Shown: positions 36,806-50,564 of the stretch, one piece after another | Numbering within the stretch: position 1 is the stretch's first letter | Layout: each line of letters begins with the position of its first letter | Notes under the pieces: generated by a model | Databases searched by the model: none | What the model saw: only the letters and a program-made list of their open reading frames with translations | What the model was told of the DNA's origin: nothing | NCBI RefSeq assembly: GCF_001194135.2 | Contig: NC_068985.1 | Span: forward strand, 86,716,427 to 86,780,426 | From: Octopus bimaculoides | Lineage: Eukaryota | Length of the DNA: 64,000 bases | Direction of reading: 5' to 3' | Translations under genes and position numbers: made by a program

Positions 36806-37720
36806 AAGGAAAGGACTCTAATACCCCATGGGCCCTATCAACATGATGGCCATGGGAGAGAAGGAAATATAGAGTCATTGACAAAGAAATCACATATCTT
36901 GCAGAAAAACGAATTTGGCTGCTTTCTGGTTTCAACAAGAACACTTCCAGCCAAAAAAGAGAAGAAAAGAAGAATGTGGGGGTGCATGGGTGGGTTCGGG
37001 TGTGTGTGGGTGTGTGTGTGTGGGTGTGTGTGTGTGTTCTTGTGTGCGTATTAATCAAATATGTTTGAAAGTGAAATCGAATATATGTTGTTATTGTTTC
37101 CAGCAGGCCTACTAATGCCATTCTTGCACTGTTGTCAAATATAACAGCTTGCCTTTACATGTTTAAAACTGTGAGAGAATTGTCAGCTGCTTTTGCTGGT
37201 TTTGATCACTTGAAATAAATTAATGAAGAGAAGTGGTCAAAAGGAGATCAGTGTCTCAGTGAATAATAATAATGTTTGGAGAGAGAAGAAGATAAGTAAA
37301 GGAACTTTTGATAAACAACTGAAAGTCTGAAGAGTATCCGAATTGATGTTGGTTTGACAATGAGAAGAATGAAAGAGGAAGATATGAGGACGACGACAAA
37401 GTGAACAAGTCTTCTCAGTGAAGGAGGAGGCAATTGTAATGTCTGATATATATTTGATGATTACATTTATGAATACTGTCTCAGCCAGTTGCTGTATTGG
37501 CTGCAGGGAGATGAATGTTAAATTTGGTTTCCCTTTCATGATATGTATAATACCTGAACAGCCCACATGTATCAGACAGTCATGAAGAGGCACTGAAGTT
37601 CTGCCGAGCTCTGTAAATAGTTACGCAATAATCAGTTACATCGCAGCAATTTTTCTTTACTCTTTCAGCTGCTACCAAGAAAAAAAAAAGAAAAAAATAC
37701 TTTTGTAAGTCGTATAGGTG

Positions 37721-37880
37721 TAGGCATGGCTGAGTGGTTAGAAGTTCACTTTGCAACCATGTGATTCCTGGTTCAGTCTTACTGTGTGTAACCTTGGGTG
37801 CCGTCTACTGTAACCTTAGCCTGACCTAGGCCTTGTGAGTGGATTTCGTAAATGGAAACTGAAAGAATCCCTTCGTATAT
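37721..37880 (+). mobile_element. SINE family A head
   Basis: GGCATGGCTGAGTGGTTAGAAG...GGTTCAGTC...GTGAGTGGATTT...GGAAACTGAAAGAA. Confidence 0.85.
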
Positions 37881-37958
37881 GTGTGTGTGTGTGTGTGTGT
37901 CGTTGTGTCTGTATTTGTCTCTTAACCACTACATGATAATCTGTGTCGTGTGTGTGTG

Positions 37959-38050
<92 letters not shown>

Positions 38051-38052
38051 GG

Positions 38053-38200
38053 TGCAGGAGAGGCTGTGTGGTAAGAAGCTTGGTTCCCAACCACATGGTT
38101 CTGGGTTCAGTTCCACTGCATGGTACCTTGGGCAAGTGCTTTCTACTATACCCTTGGGCTGACTAAAGCCTTGTGAAAGGGTTTGGTTGATAGAAACTGA
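38053..38200 (+). mobile_element. SINE family A head
   Basis: GGCTGTGTGGTAAGAAGCTTGGTTCCCAACCACATGGTTCTGGGTTCAG...ACCTTGGGCAAGTG. Confidence 0.9.
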
Positions 38201-38544
38201 ACGTGGCCAAGCATGTGTTGAAGGGGTGTTTATAAATATATGCATTAGTCATAAACAACAGAAGCAGTATTAGTACCAAATAACAGCTTTTATATCCTCC
38301 TTAACATGGATATATTTTAAGAATGGACTGTATAATATTACAGGATATATTTTGGGAAAGCATCTCATAGAGACATATATGAGTTTGTGTGTGTGCGTGT
38401 AGTCATAAATTGGTGAGAAGGCTATGTGTATGTCCGAAGAAAAGATATATGAATTGAATCAGAAAGGTCTGTAATATCCACAGAAGCACTGAGAAAAATA
38501 AAAGACAGAGTGTGTTCCACGTGTACAGATATAAAAAATTATGA

Positions 38545-38576
<32 letters not shown>

Positions 38577-39080
38577 GCACACACTCACACACACACATGC
38601 GCACTAACGTAAATGTGCAGATATGTGTGAAAGAAGAGCAATAATGTGTGAGATTCTTGTTTCTTTCTATATTTGTGTTTATTCTGTTTGATCTTATAGA
38701 CTTGTCACCTGTCTTGTTTATGACTACCTAATAAAGAGCTGGTGTGTCACATTCTTTTCTTTTATTTCCCTACTTCTCCCCCCCCCCTCTTTCCTCCATC
38801 ATAGAGCCAGCAACTGGAAGGGAGAGAGAAAAAAAACGAAAAGAAAGGCTGCAGAAAAAAAAGAAAAAAGAAAAGAAAGAAAATCCTTTCGAATAATCAG
38901 AAAGTGAAACTAATGCTTTTTCATTATTGAAGATATGGAGATAAAAAGTGAGAACATGGCCACAGAGAACGAGATTGAATGGGCAGAACAATAAGAGTAC
39001 ACAGACATATAGGCATATACATATACATATACATACATTTACATATGCATTTATATATGTCAGTGTGTGTGTCTCTCTCA

Positions 39081-39119
<39 letters not shown>

Positions 39120-40529
39120 TGTGTATTTCTTCTATCTTAATGAATAAAAATTCTTCTGATAGAATAAATGGGTTAATAGAAACCGATGTAGCAAAGAACA
39201 CAAAATAACTGTGGTTTAGTTCCTGTTTTTAAGGCAGGAACTCCTTGAAATTTTGGGTATTTGAGTATATTTAAGAATTTAAGGAATGGAGAAAACGCAT
39301 GTTATAATTGCATACTTTATTCCTACATATGTTTCAAAGGATTACAACCTATGGATCACACNNNNNNNNNNNNNNNNNNNNNNNNNNNNNNNNNNNNNNN
39401 NNNNNNNNNNNNNNNNNNNNNNNNNNNNNNNNNNNNNNNNNNNNNNNNNNNNNNNNNNNNNNNNNNNNNNNNNNNNNNNNNNNNNNNNNNNNNNNNNNNN
39501 NNNNNNNNNNNNNNNNNNNNNNNNNNNNNNNNNNNNNNNNNNNNNNNNNNNNNNNNNNNNNNNNNNNNNNNNNNNNNNNNNNNNNNNNNNNNNNNNNNNN
39601 NNNNNNNNNNNNNNNNNNNNNNNNNNNNNNNNNNNNNNNNNNNNNNNNNNNNNNNNNNNNNNNNNNNNNNNNNNNNNNNNNNNNNNNNNNNNNNNNNNNN
39701 NNNNNNNNNNNNNNNNNNNNNNNNNNNNNNNNNNNNNNNNNNNNNNNNNNNNNNNNNNNNNNNNNNNNNNNNNNNNNNNNNNNNNNNNNNNNNNNNNNNN
39801 NNNNNNNNNNNNNNNNNNNNNNNNNNNNNNNNNNNNNNNNNNNNNNNNNNNNNNNNNNNNNNNNNNNNNNNNNNNNNNNNNNNNNNNNNNNNNNNNNNNN
39901 NNNNNNNNNNNNNNNNNNNNNNNNNNNNNNNNNNNNNNNNNNNNNNNNNNNNNNNNNNNNNNNNNNNNNNNNNNNNNNNNNNNNNNNNNNNNNNNNNNNN
40001 NNNNNNNNNNNNNNNNNNNNNNNNNNNNNNNNNNNNNNNNNNNNNNNNNNNNNNNNNNNNNNNNNNNNNNNNNNNNNNNNNNNNNNNNNTATATATATAT
40101 ATATATTTAGTCTTTGGGCTGCTTGGTAGATTATTTATTTGTGTTACAGAAATTGCATTTTTCATGTTTCTGTGTATGCCACACATACATATTTGTACAT
40201 ATACATCTATTCACACACACACATACACATATAACCGTTTACTTATAAGATGAACAGTTTTTCAGTTCATATTTACCCAGCAAAAGAAGACATTAAAACA
40301 TTCTGACCAAGCTGAAACTATAAATTATATATATCCCCTACACTGTTTATAACATTGCGCTCTCTTTTAGCTGGAGATTACTCTGCTAACTTCATTCACT
40401 CCCTGCTCCAGCTTGCCCTGCCAACGACTCTCCTCTGAAACTAGGACATGTCCTGTTACTTATAATGATTCAGGAATCTTTAGCTCAGAGTATTTAGCCA
40501 TGTTGCTTGATTTTCCAAGTTAGAACTTA

Positions 40530-40815
<286 letters not shown>

Positions 40816-41813
40816 ACAGGTATACACATATATAGTGTCTGTTTTACTTCTGGTTATTCTTTGACATATAAACAGGATTTCTCTTTTATTTTGTAATATT
40901 TCACTGACCACCCACACAAAAAATCATTGCTAATTATCATTGTTCAAATTACTACAACTAAATATTTTGTTTATCTTTTGTTGAAGGAATTAATATGACT
41001 GTAATAACAGGATATCATTGCAGGGAAGAAGAATTTAGCAGAAAATTTTGTTAATGTGAAAGTGCTATTGAAGAACAAATGCACTTAAAACTGTCTTTGA
41101 GAAGTCTTGGAAGAACAGAATTAGTACCATAGTTAATAACTGATAAGAGTAATAACATCTTTTTTTATTGAACTAAAATTTGAATGTATATAAATTGGTT
41201 TTATGTCTGTGTGTTTCTGTCTGTCTGACCAGGAAAAAAAAAAAAGATAAAAAGAAACATGATTTAATTTCCAATGCTCTCATCTATCAAAATTTTGACT
41301 GTTCTATTAGCTTATCCATGAAAGGTTGTTCTTAATAACACCTATGATTATATTTGTCAATATTCTAAAATGAAGAAAATGTTCCAAAACTCTTTAAAAT
41401 AGTTTTGTTACCAAACAAACAAACAAAACAAATTTTCACTTTTGCATAATATACAAATGGAATTCTGTCAGTGACCAGGTTGCAGAAAGTGTGAGGAAAA
41501 TTTTGACAACGAATGATAAATGATTAATTGAAGTAAACAGTTTTCATGTGTTTTTAAGTATCTAATGTCTTTCTCCACTCTAATCGTTTTACTTTCAATA
41601 TAGATTCTGAGACCAAATCGTTTGCCAGACAACAATAATTCTGAAATATAAAAATTCACTCTGATTTTTGTTAAAATTTTTTCTTACAGAGTGAACTCGG
41701 TGTTTTCCTCATGAGACACACTAGTGAAGGGTCAACGAGACAAGATCCCACACATGAATGGGGCTTTTAGTATGGAAAGAGGGGGCTTTATATTAGAGGG
41801 TAACCCTTTAAAG

Positions 41814-42060
41814 TATTGGTTCTCAACCAGGGTCCATATGATGTTTGGTGCATTTTGATAAGATTCTGTTGTTCAAATTTATAAGCAAAAAATTTCTTAT
41901 ATTTCTACAAAATGTTTTTAACAATTTGTAACACAATTGCTAATAATGTTTAATTATAAATGTATCACAGAATTTTTAAACATGGAACTGTTATGAGGGT
42001 TCATTAGAGTGAAGTGGAAAGTGAAGGGTTTCCATTAGTAAAAATGGTTGAGAACCACAG
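41814..42060. mobile_element. hAT (Charlie/Buster-like) MITE, 247 bp
   Basis: Inverted termini TATTGGTTCTCAACCA and TGGTTGAGAACCACAG. The 8-bp flanks CTTTAAAG and GTCTGTAG do not match each other but resemble the nTnTAnAn target. Confidence 0.75.
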
Positions 42061-42210
42061 GTCTGTAGTACAACTAGGGGACAAGAAGAGGGCTGTTGCT
42101 ATAGCAAAGATGTTTGACTAATTCATATTATATTGGAGCAGGTGAGAGTAACCGGAAAGAAGACTATGATGGTGATGACGTGGTGTCTTATAATTTAAAT
42201 TCTGTTCTTA

Positions 42211-43424
42211 TGAGGGTTGGCTGAAAAGTTCATCAGCTGACCAGGATAGCCTCATGGATTGTCACCAAATAGGGTTTACTTTTGCACATAGTCGCCCTTG
42301 TGGGCCACACACTTCTTTCATCGGTGTTGCAGTGCTTGGATTCTAATAGAGAAGAATCTTTCATTCTGTTGCTCAAAAAAGTCATCAACAGCAGTTATGA
42401 TGTCATCATTGCTGCAATATTGGTTCCTGGGGAACAGATGATAGGCAGACGGGGCCAAATCAGGTGAATATGGAGGGTAATCAAACCCTCTTCAAAGCTA
42501 CAGTCATTACAGCAGCCATTGAAATCAAGGACTTGTGTGTTGGAGAATTGTCCTGATGAAACAAGATCTCTTTTGTTAGTTTTCCTGGCCATTAGGTCTT
42601 TGTAGCTTTTTGCAACTAACTCAGCAAGTTGGCATAGTACTCTCTGTTGATGGTGTGGCCTTTCTGAAGAAAGACAATAAACACAATGCTATTTGTAGTC
42701 CAAACGACAGAGGCCATGAACTTCCCTGCAGGTGAAACAACCTTGGCCTTCTTTGGAGCTTGTGAGGTGGGGTGTTTCTACTGCATGGATTGTCTCTTTG
42801 TCTCTAACTCAAAGTGATGAAACTGATACTCACCCTGGGTCAGGAAACTAAGCAGATCTGTCTCAAACAATGCCAGGTTTTCCCATGATATGACCGCTTG
42901 GTGGTGTGATTTGGGTCAGGTGTCACAAGACATGGCAATCACCAAACAAATACCTTTGTCATGCAAAGTTCATTGTGTAGAACATTCTCAACTCTCTCAC
43001 AGGATATAATAATACCATTGGTTATTTGATTCCTAGTCAATCACCTGTCATCCATCACCATGTGGCGAACATGATCAATATTTTCCTCAGTGGAGGCAGT
43101 TGCAGGTTGTCCAGACCTAGGATTATCTTCAAGACTCTCTGTTCCCCCCACTAAATTCAGCTGCCTACTTTTGCACTGTTGATAAAGCAATGTAGCAAGC
43201 AAGGGAGTTAAACCATTTTATTGCAGGTACGGGATAACATCACAATGCCAAATTCTGTCCATTTTCAAGAGTAGTTTCAAATCTTTGAAGATTCAGGTGT
43301 CAGTTTTCCTAGAAAGAAAAAATGCATTTATCAATAAGAAGAGTTGAAATTAATGCATGCAAGTTTTCACAGCTGTAGCATCATTCCTTCGTAGTCAGCC
43401 GATGCACTTTTCAGCCCAGCCTTG
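42211..43424 (-). mobile_element. Full-length mariner element (1214 bp), inactive
   Basis: TIRs TGAGGGTTGGCTGAAAAGTTCATCAGCTGAC and GTCAGCCGATGCACTTTTCAGCCCAGCCTTG, with TA on both sides. The minus strand reads MDRIWHCDVIPYLQ, then HQDNSP and HSPDLAPSAYHLFP. Multiple stops. Confidence 0.9.
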
Positions 43425-43649
43425 TAGAAAACAGATGAATCCTCTAATACTTGGCCTTGCTTATTTTCTTCTGATAAATTCAATCTCTTGAAGCAACCAC
43501 ACTTAACTGCACTCCATTTTCCAATAAATTAATGTTATTCACCTGTGTTGCTGTTACAACAAGATAGTCTCACAAAGAAGGAATACCACTTTTTTTACAT
43601 TTTATTAAATTGTTTCAAAACTGGTTCTGGAACTGAACAGGAAAAGTTA

Positions 43650-43885
43650 CTTTTGGAATGTTTTACTGATGTGAAGACTTTGGCACTTTGCAGACTTCAT
43701 CCCGATTGCCTTGGATTACAAGAAAATTTGTTAATTCCTGGACATTTCTATATTTTCAAATTGGAGAGATTTACTAGAAATATAAAGTGTAGCAATTGTG
43801 TGGAGGAATGTGAAGAGATGATCACCAGAATACAAATAACACTGCAGCAAACAGATCTACCCTTCCCAGATACAAACATGGCGAA
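43650..43885 (+). mobile_element. Pif1-like helicase fragment (Helitron type)
   Basis: HPDCLGLQENLLIPGHFYIFKL...ITRIQITLQQTDLPF, compared with the PPH.L.LK...GTR...IPRI.L.PSDT.LPF segment of Helitron helicases. Confidence 0.5.
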
Positions 43886-44384
43886 AAAATGTTAATACAT
43901 TCAAAGAACAAAACAAATGGCCATAGAAAAAGAAACTAAAAATAATAGGAATCAAGAGACACAGCAAATATTAGAAATGGTAAAAGAATAATGAAGTTGT
44001 TAGAAAGAGCAATAAAACGAGATTTTGTAGTGTAGACAGCGACAAAGAATGTCTGGACATAGGTCGACTTGAAGGGCAAGAAATATTATTTTGTTTAATA
44101 TTTTCTTCGGCTGGAATTCAAGAACAGCAACAACAATAACAGTGACAGCAGCAGCAGTAGCAGCAACAACAGTGCTGCAGCAACAGAGTGACAAAAGCAT
44201 CAACAATGACAACAAAAGCAACAACAATTCTTACTTAACCCCAGACCTTTAGAGAAGCTGTACCTAATGACCTCTCTGTCAATGACTGGCACATCACCAT
44301 CTCTGCCCTCTCCCATCGACACCACTTTCTCTTTCTTTGCCAACCGGTCTTCTTCTTCTACTTCTTCTTCTTCTTGCTACTGCT

Positions 44385-44393
44385 GCTGCTGCT

Positions 44394-44441
<48 letters not shown>

Positions 44442-44462
44442 TCAACAACAGCAACAACAACA

Positions 44463-44539
<77 letters not shown>

Positions 44540-44540
44540 A
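44385..44540. repeat. Compound (CAA)n/(CTA)n microsatellite
   Basis: Directly visible. Confidence 0.98.
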
Positions 44541-44792
44541 GTAAAAAAACAGTGTTTTGAGAATTGCTAGAGCAGTAGACAAAGTGCAGTATTTGCCCAG
44601 GCTTTTTTGCATTCTGAGTTCAAATCCCATCAAAGCCAGCCTTCTGCGGTTGATAAAATAGAAGTATTAATCAAATACCAAGCTCAGTTTAATTGGCTAA
44701 TCTTATGTCTTCAAAGTTGCTGGCATTCTGCTTAAATTATGCTTTTAAAACTCCACATTCAACTCCTCATCTCTCATCCTCTTTCTCTCTCT

Positions 44793-44833
<41 letters not shown>

Positions 44834-45519
44834 AATCGTTTGTTACTCTCATCTATTTCATCTGCTACTCATACTCCAGACTGGTACATTCCAGGTATCT
44901 TTCTCATCATAAAATGCAATATCCCAAACCAAAATTGCTTCTGTAACACAAAAGACTTTTTGGTGCTGGTCCATGCTACCACTGAGGATCTTGCCATGGG
45001 AAGCACATCTTTAACACAGCCAAGACCATAATCCAAAGATTTCTCCTTTTTTCCTGAATGTGGAGACACTTTAATGCCTTCCAGTTATTGACATTCTACA
45101 AGGTGTAGATGAGGCCCACGAGGGAATGTTGCTCTTACTTTTAGATGGTGTTTTTTGCCCCACAGAGATATCCTAGAACATATTCAGGTTAAAAGCTCTC
45201 AAGTGACTGACACAAAATCACTTACAAACATGCTCCAGACTGACTCTGGTCCACATGCATGTTGTGTCCTCCTTCTGTCTTTTCTACCTCTACTATAATA
45301 GTCACTGTTTCTTGAAGCAGGTTGGTATTGTGTCAGTTCTACTCAGGCATACCAACTCATTCCTCCTCCTCCTTCTCCTCTCATCCATAATGTGTCCAAA
45401 CCTGCATTAAATATTACACCCAGTCCTTCCACCCCAGTATGCCAAATCTTCTGGACCCTTCTTACTTGTGTCTTTCCTGCATTTTTTAACTTGCAACCAT
45501 TTATGCAGAACATTAACAG

Positions 45520-48500
45520 TGTCGATTTTACCAATCAAAAAAGGGCTGACAAATGCAAAGATCTCAGCCCTTTTCTTTGCAGGAAACACAATTATATTAC
45601 CAGTAAATGTATTTATATGGATCACCAAGATGGCAAGCAAAACCATTTTAAGATTCCATAAGTATGATTAGATGCTATGGCAAGTTGGACATGTTCATTA
45701 CAACAAATCCAAATTGGAAAGTGATTGTGAATCATTCCAGAAGAAAAGTTCAACTATCAACCAAATATTATTGTAAGATTGATTCTTCAAAAGCTGGAAT
45801 AATTCCTTCTTGATTTGCTTCAAAAGGATTATCTAAGGAAAGTAATCACTTCTACATGTATAAAAGAGGAGCAGAAAAGAGGATTGCTACGTACTTAGAG
45901 TCTTTTAATCTCAGAAGAGAAACCTAAAGAATTATCTTATAATGATTGATTTATTTGCACTAAGATTCCAGATGAGGAACAAAATCCATTGTTGTTTGAT
46001 CTAGTTAAAAAGAACCTGATCCACGAACCTTATGAATATGTTAATCTCATTAATCTGTGTATATCTGGTGAAGAAACAAATTGTAAACAATTCTCATATC
46101 AAAATGTCATGACTGAAGATTCCTACCCAACTTACAAATGCTGAGCTGATGAACATGGTTGAAGATCTGGCATTCTGCAAATAAAAGATGAGCTTCAAGG
46201 AGAAAATGTTGAAACTATTCCACACCAAATAACCCAGTATTTAGTACAAAGTATGAGACACATATCACCAGTAATCTTGTGGTCAAGGTGGCCACGGTGA
46301 AGTATGTATACAAATATATTATCTATGGTTGAACTGTGAGATGATGGATCAAATCCATGGCAGAAAGTAGATCAGGGATAAGATTTAGATATTTGACAAT
46401 GCATTATATATCAATATATTTGACATTTAGTAGGGTTTGCCATAAGCAAGTGATGCCCTCCAATTCTAAAGTTTCTACTATATCTAAACAATGGAGAATT
46501 TGCTCTTTTTAAGCTTAATGAAGCAAATAACACATCCAGCCATGGTTTATAATAAAATGAAATCTAGGTTTATTCTTTGAAGTTAATGTGGTTGTTGTAA
46601 GTGTGAATAACAACGTTTTACACAGATATCTTCTGGCATCACAGATGTTCCAGCAAGTTGGTGGGGAGAAGATTCAAAGCAATTGAAAGAAACAGATTTA
46701 GAGATGCACTAATGGCAGTTGGAGTAAGAATAGTGGTGGAATTCCTGATATCATTTCGAATCCATGTCAGGTACAACCCTACTAAATAAGAATGCTCTTG
46801 TACTTTAAACTGCTGTGCTATAAATTAATTTAATATAAAGCAGAACCAATGAGATTTGTCGTAAAATACCTTAATAAACAAAGATGCATTGAGATAAAGT
46901 AAGAAGAGCTGACAGAGTTCCTAATGTTTTATGGAATGAAGGCAGTGAAGCTATCAGAATCGTTAGAATGCTGGGAAAATGCTTAGGGACATTTCATCTG
47001 TCTTTATGTTCTGAGTTCAAATTCTGCCAAGGCCAACTTTGCCTTTCATTCCTTTTGGGGGTCAATGAAATAAGTACCAGTTGATTACTGGGGCTGATGT
47101 AATCGACTTACGACCCCATCTCCTGAAATTACTGGGTTTGTGCCAAAATTTGGAGCCAATGTTTTATGGAATGACAGAATATAAGGAGTGTAACGTCTTC
47201 GTTTTTTAAACAGATTTTTATCTTCCATGTTTAGTACTTTGCAAACGTAATCCCTTATTTATCAAAATAACTGTCATCTATTTTCCAAAAGGCTTACAAA
47301 ATGATGGGAGTGCTTAAAAGTGACAATGAACTTAATAATATTATTGTAGAACTGCTTGTGGATCTGTTGTGAGTGTTGTTGTCATGGTGATGAGAGCTAC
47401 TGTTGTTGCTGGTAAATAAAAGTGTATTTCTCAGGCTGTGTGAAGAAATAACTAACAACACCTGCAAACAATTAATAAACTTTATTACTTCACATTGTGT
47501 TTTCTGTGTTGACCTTCTACAAATACTAACATCAGCCTATTATACACCATAAAAGACATACGGCTTGGGACATACAAGTTAACTGATACAATAATCTGTG
47601 CCTGACCCATCACAACTGGAAAATAACTGCCCTGTATTCATGGCAACAAAAATTCTTGTCTACTCTCTGCCATCTGTTTTAATCAGATGCATGTGGAATG
47701 AGTATTGAGACAGAACATGTGGCTGCCTCAACATTCAATGATTACCACAAAACAACTGGCTTTTTATAGAGTACAAGGAAAAAATTCTAGAAAATTGAAT
47801 TACACAATGAATTGATGCTGATAGGTTCTTTAATAGTCTGATCAAGTGAAACTACTGTGATTTGATCGTGATGTTTGCTAGGCTAACTAGTGATTCGGTT
47901 TCAAATCACTGCTACAAGTCTTCTGGAAAGGGATTCTATCAGTGCATAAATGCTGAAACAGATAACAGTGTCTTATGTGAATTCTCTGACTACAAAGTAC
48001 CAAAATATTTTAGAAAATGTCACATCAGCCATGTGACTCAATACTCTGGAAAGAAGCAACATAAGCTCATTAATATCAATATTTGCCAGAGCACAATAAA
48101 AAATACGAGGTCACTTCATATGACAGCAACATCAGAAAATGCTGGAATACGTCTATGTTATGATGGAACAGTATATTCTTGGTCTAAAGTGGCTTTAAAG
48201 ATTGGTGGGCACACAAGTTGCAATATGTCACCAACAGGTGTAATTAGTTAGGTAATTAACCGAACAAATTTGTCATAGATGAAGAAATTATGGTTAACAG
48301 GAATATATCAGAAGCAATTAACTATATATTCCATGATAATTGCAAAAATGACAGACCTGTAGGTGGAATTATAATGGTGTTTTCTAATGACTGGCACCAA
48401 ATTCTTCCGGTTGTATGACATGGATTTCATGCAGAAATTATTAATGAGTAATTCAAGATTTCTTCACTTTGGGAAGAACTTCAAATCCTGATTCATTAGA

Positions 48501-48730
48501 AATATGTGCATTCAAATGGTAGAGGGCAACAGTGGAAAAATAATTTGTGGAAATTCTGCTTAGAATTTGTGAAGGTAAAAAGCCTTAGAGGCAAGTTCAA
48601 TCAAAGATAAAAATTCCTTGCAATTCTATGTCTGATTAACAATGGCATCATGGAAATTAATTATGTTGTAATGGATTCCTTTTTGGTTCAAAAGCGAAGA
48701 ATATTTAAACAAAGACACAACCGTCAATAA
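45520..48730 (+). mobile_element. Decayed autonomous Helitron RepHel coding region
   Basis: In order: IILP..GSPR..DSISMIRCYGKLDMFITTNPNW, EQKRGL (Rep HUH region), NPLLFDLVKKNLIHEP, DSYPTYK, VKYVYKYI. Helicase motifs follow: TATSENAGIRL..GTVYSWSKV, IDE, GGIIMVFSNDWHQILPVV, AILCLINN...EIN. Many stops, deletions and an inserted SINE. Confidence 0.88.
46945..47160 (+). mobile_element. SINE family B inserted in the Helitron
   Basis: AGGCAGTGAAGCTATCAGAATCGTTAG...GTTCTGAGTTCAAATTC...GTTTGTGCCAAAATTTG. Confidence 0.85.
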
Positions 48731-48894
48731 TATCAAATGACATCTTTATTCAACATGTCTCATTTGTGTTCAAATGTTTAATATAGCATCTCAAAGACAG
48801 TTCAGCCATTGTACTTCTAGGAAATGTTGATGCTAATAATGGTGATTATAATGGAAATAAGATATATTATTGAAAGCCTCTGCAACGCAGTTAT

Positions 48895-49005
48895 GTATCT
48901 TTTATTTGTGTCAGTCATTAGACTGTGGCCATGCTGGGGCAGTGCCTTGAAGAATTTTAGTCAAACAAATCAACCCTGTCACTTATTCTTTTTTTAAGCC
49001 TGGTA
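48895..49005 (-). mobile_element. SINE family A 3' part
   Basis: CAGTCATTAGACTGTGGCCATGCTGGGGCA...ACTTATTCTTTTTTTAAGCCTGGTA. Confidence 0.75.
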
Positions 49006-49129
49006 GCACGTGTATGTGTACAGGTATACATGTAAGTGTACATATGTATTGACAAATGACAAGTGCCTTGACCCATTTGGGGTCGTTGGGGCACTGCAGC
49101 CATGCAATGCATCTTGGGTGAGAAAGCCT

Positions 49130-49415
49130 GGTAGAGCCTCTCCAGGCTAAACTCATTTCTACAGCTGAGTGGAGCAACATGAAATGGTTTTGTTCAAGAA
49201 CACAATGGATCACCCAGTCCAGGATCGAAACCACAATCGTAAATCCAATACCCTAACCACTGAGCAATGCACCTCCCCTAGTGGTGTCTATTTTTGCCAG
49301 CTGAGTGGATTGGAGCAACGTGAAATGAAGTGTTTTGTTCAAGAAAACAATGAATTGCCTGGAATCAAAAGCACATTTGTGTGTCCAACACCCTGACCAC
49401 TGAGCCACAGGCCTC
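49130..49415 (-). mobile_element. Two tandem SINE family D heads
   Basis: CAGCTGAGTGGA..GAGCAAC.TGAAATG..TTTTGTTCAAGAA..CAATG...ACCCT.ACCACTGAGC occurs twice, about 150 bp apart. Confidence 0.75.
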
Positions 49416-50399
49416 CACATATGTATATATATGTGCATAAATATGCATAAGTGCATGTGTGCTGCACCTTTAAATTCACAATGCATCATTTCATATATTG
49501 TTTACCACCTTTTAAACCTCCACCCCACTTCCTTTGCAATTTGTAAACTTTCTTTTATTTCGTAACCACTTGAAAGTTTTCTATATTTTCTATCTCTTCC
49601 AAAACTTTGTGGCTAATAAAGAAAATATCACTACCACCATCACCATCCTCCTCTTCCCTCACCTCCTCATCCTCATTATCACCATCACTTTCATCATCAT
49701 CATTATCATCATTATCTTCATCGTTACAAGCATTATCTTCATCAATAAATATTTTCCCCTATCAGTATAATACTTAGATAATTTGTACCAGTTTATTCAC
49801 AAATAATAATTATTTTCTTTTTTAATCATTTCTTTTTGTATTTTCATTGGTTTTCTCATCTAATTAGTCTAATTTTTGTCTCTCTTCTCATTTGTAAACT
49901 GAAGTTACATCACATCTATGAACACCCTTCAACAGAACAAATGTTTAATTGTTTGTTTTTTTTTCCAATAAATGATCGAAATTCTCTCAATATTTCATTA
50001 CAGAACTAGGGATAGCTGTTAGCAGCATGGCTTCCAGAGAGTAGACAGTTCCTCAGATAGACATTAAACAGCCTGCAAAATGAACAATTTTACTACATTG
50101 GTTCTTATTTAATTTACAAATTTTCTCTCAGTAACATTGTCACAACATTTTGTTCCTACCAAGTTCCTTTTGGTTACATAAGGCTCACCTATTCCAATCA
50201 ATTATTTCCCACTTTCATGTTCTGTGTTAAGAAGTTCTTCATGTTCACAATTAGGATTAAAATTAATTTTGAAATTTAAATAAAAGTTTAAATTTTAACT
50301 TTATTTTAATACTGAACCTGCTAACTTGTGAACAAAACTTAGCCCACATTCAAATTTGAAATGGGCCCCATCTTCAAGTTCATGCACTGTTTATCTTGA

Positions 50400-50552
50400 T
50401 ATGAGATCACCATGTTGTGCACATATGGCTGTGATGTATGTGTCTGTTATACCCTTATCAGACGGGTAGTCATGATGGATATACTGGGATTTGTATATTT
50501 GTACCCCAGTGTCACTTTGATGGCATGCATTGCTCTCTCACTCAATAATAAT
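50400..50552 (+). mobile_element. Retroposon 3' end with (AAT)n tail
   Basis: CTTATCAGACGGGTAGTCATGATGG...CACTTTGATGGCATGCATTGCTCTCTCACTC(AAT)n. I recall this as a common octopus repeat; not verified. Confidence 0.5.
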
Positions 50553-50564
50553 AATAATGACAAT

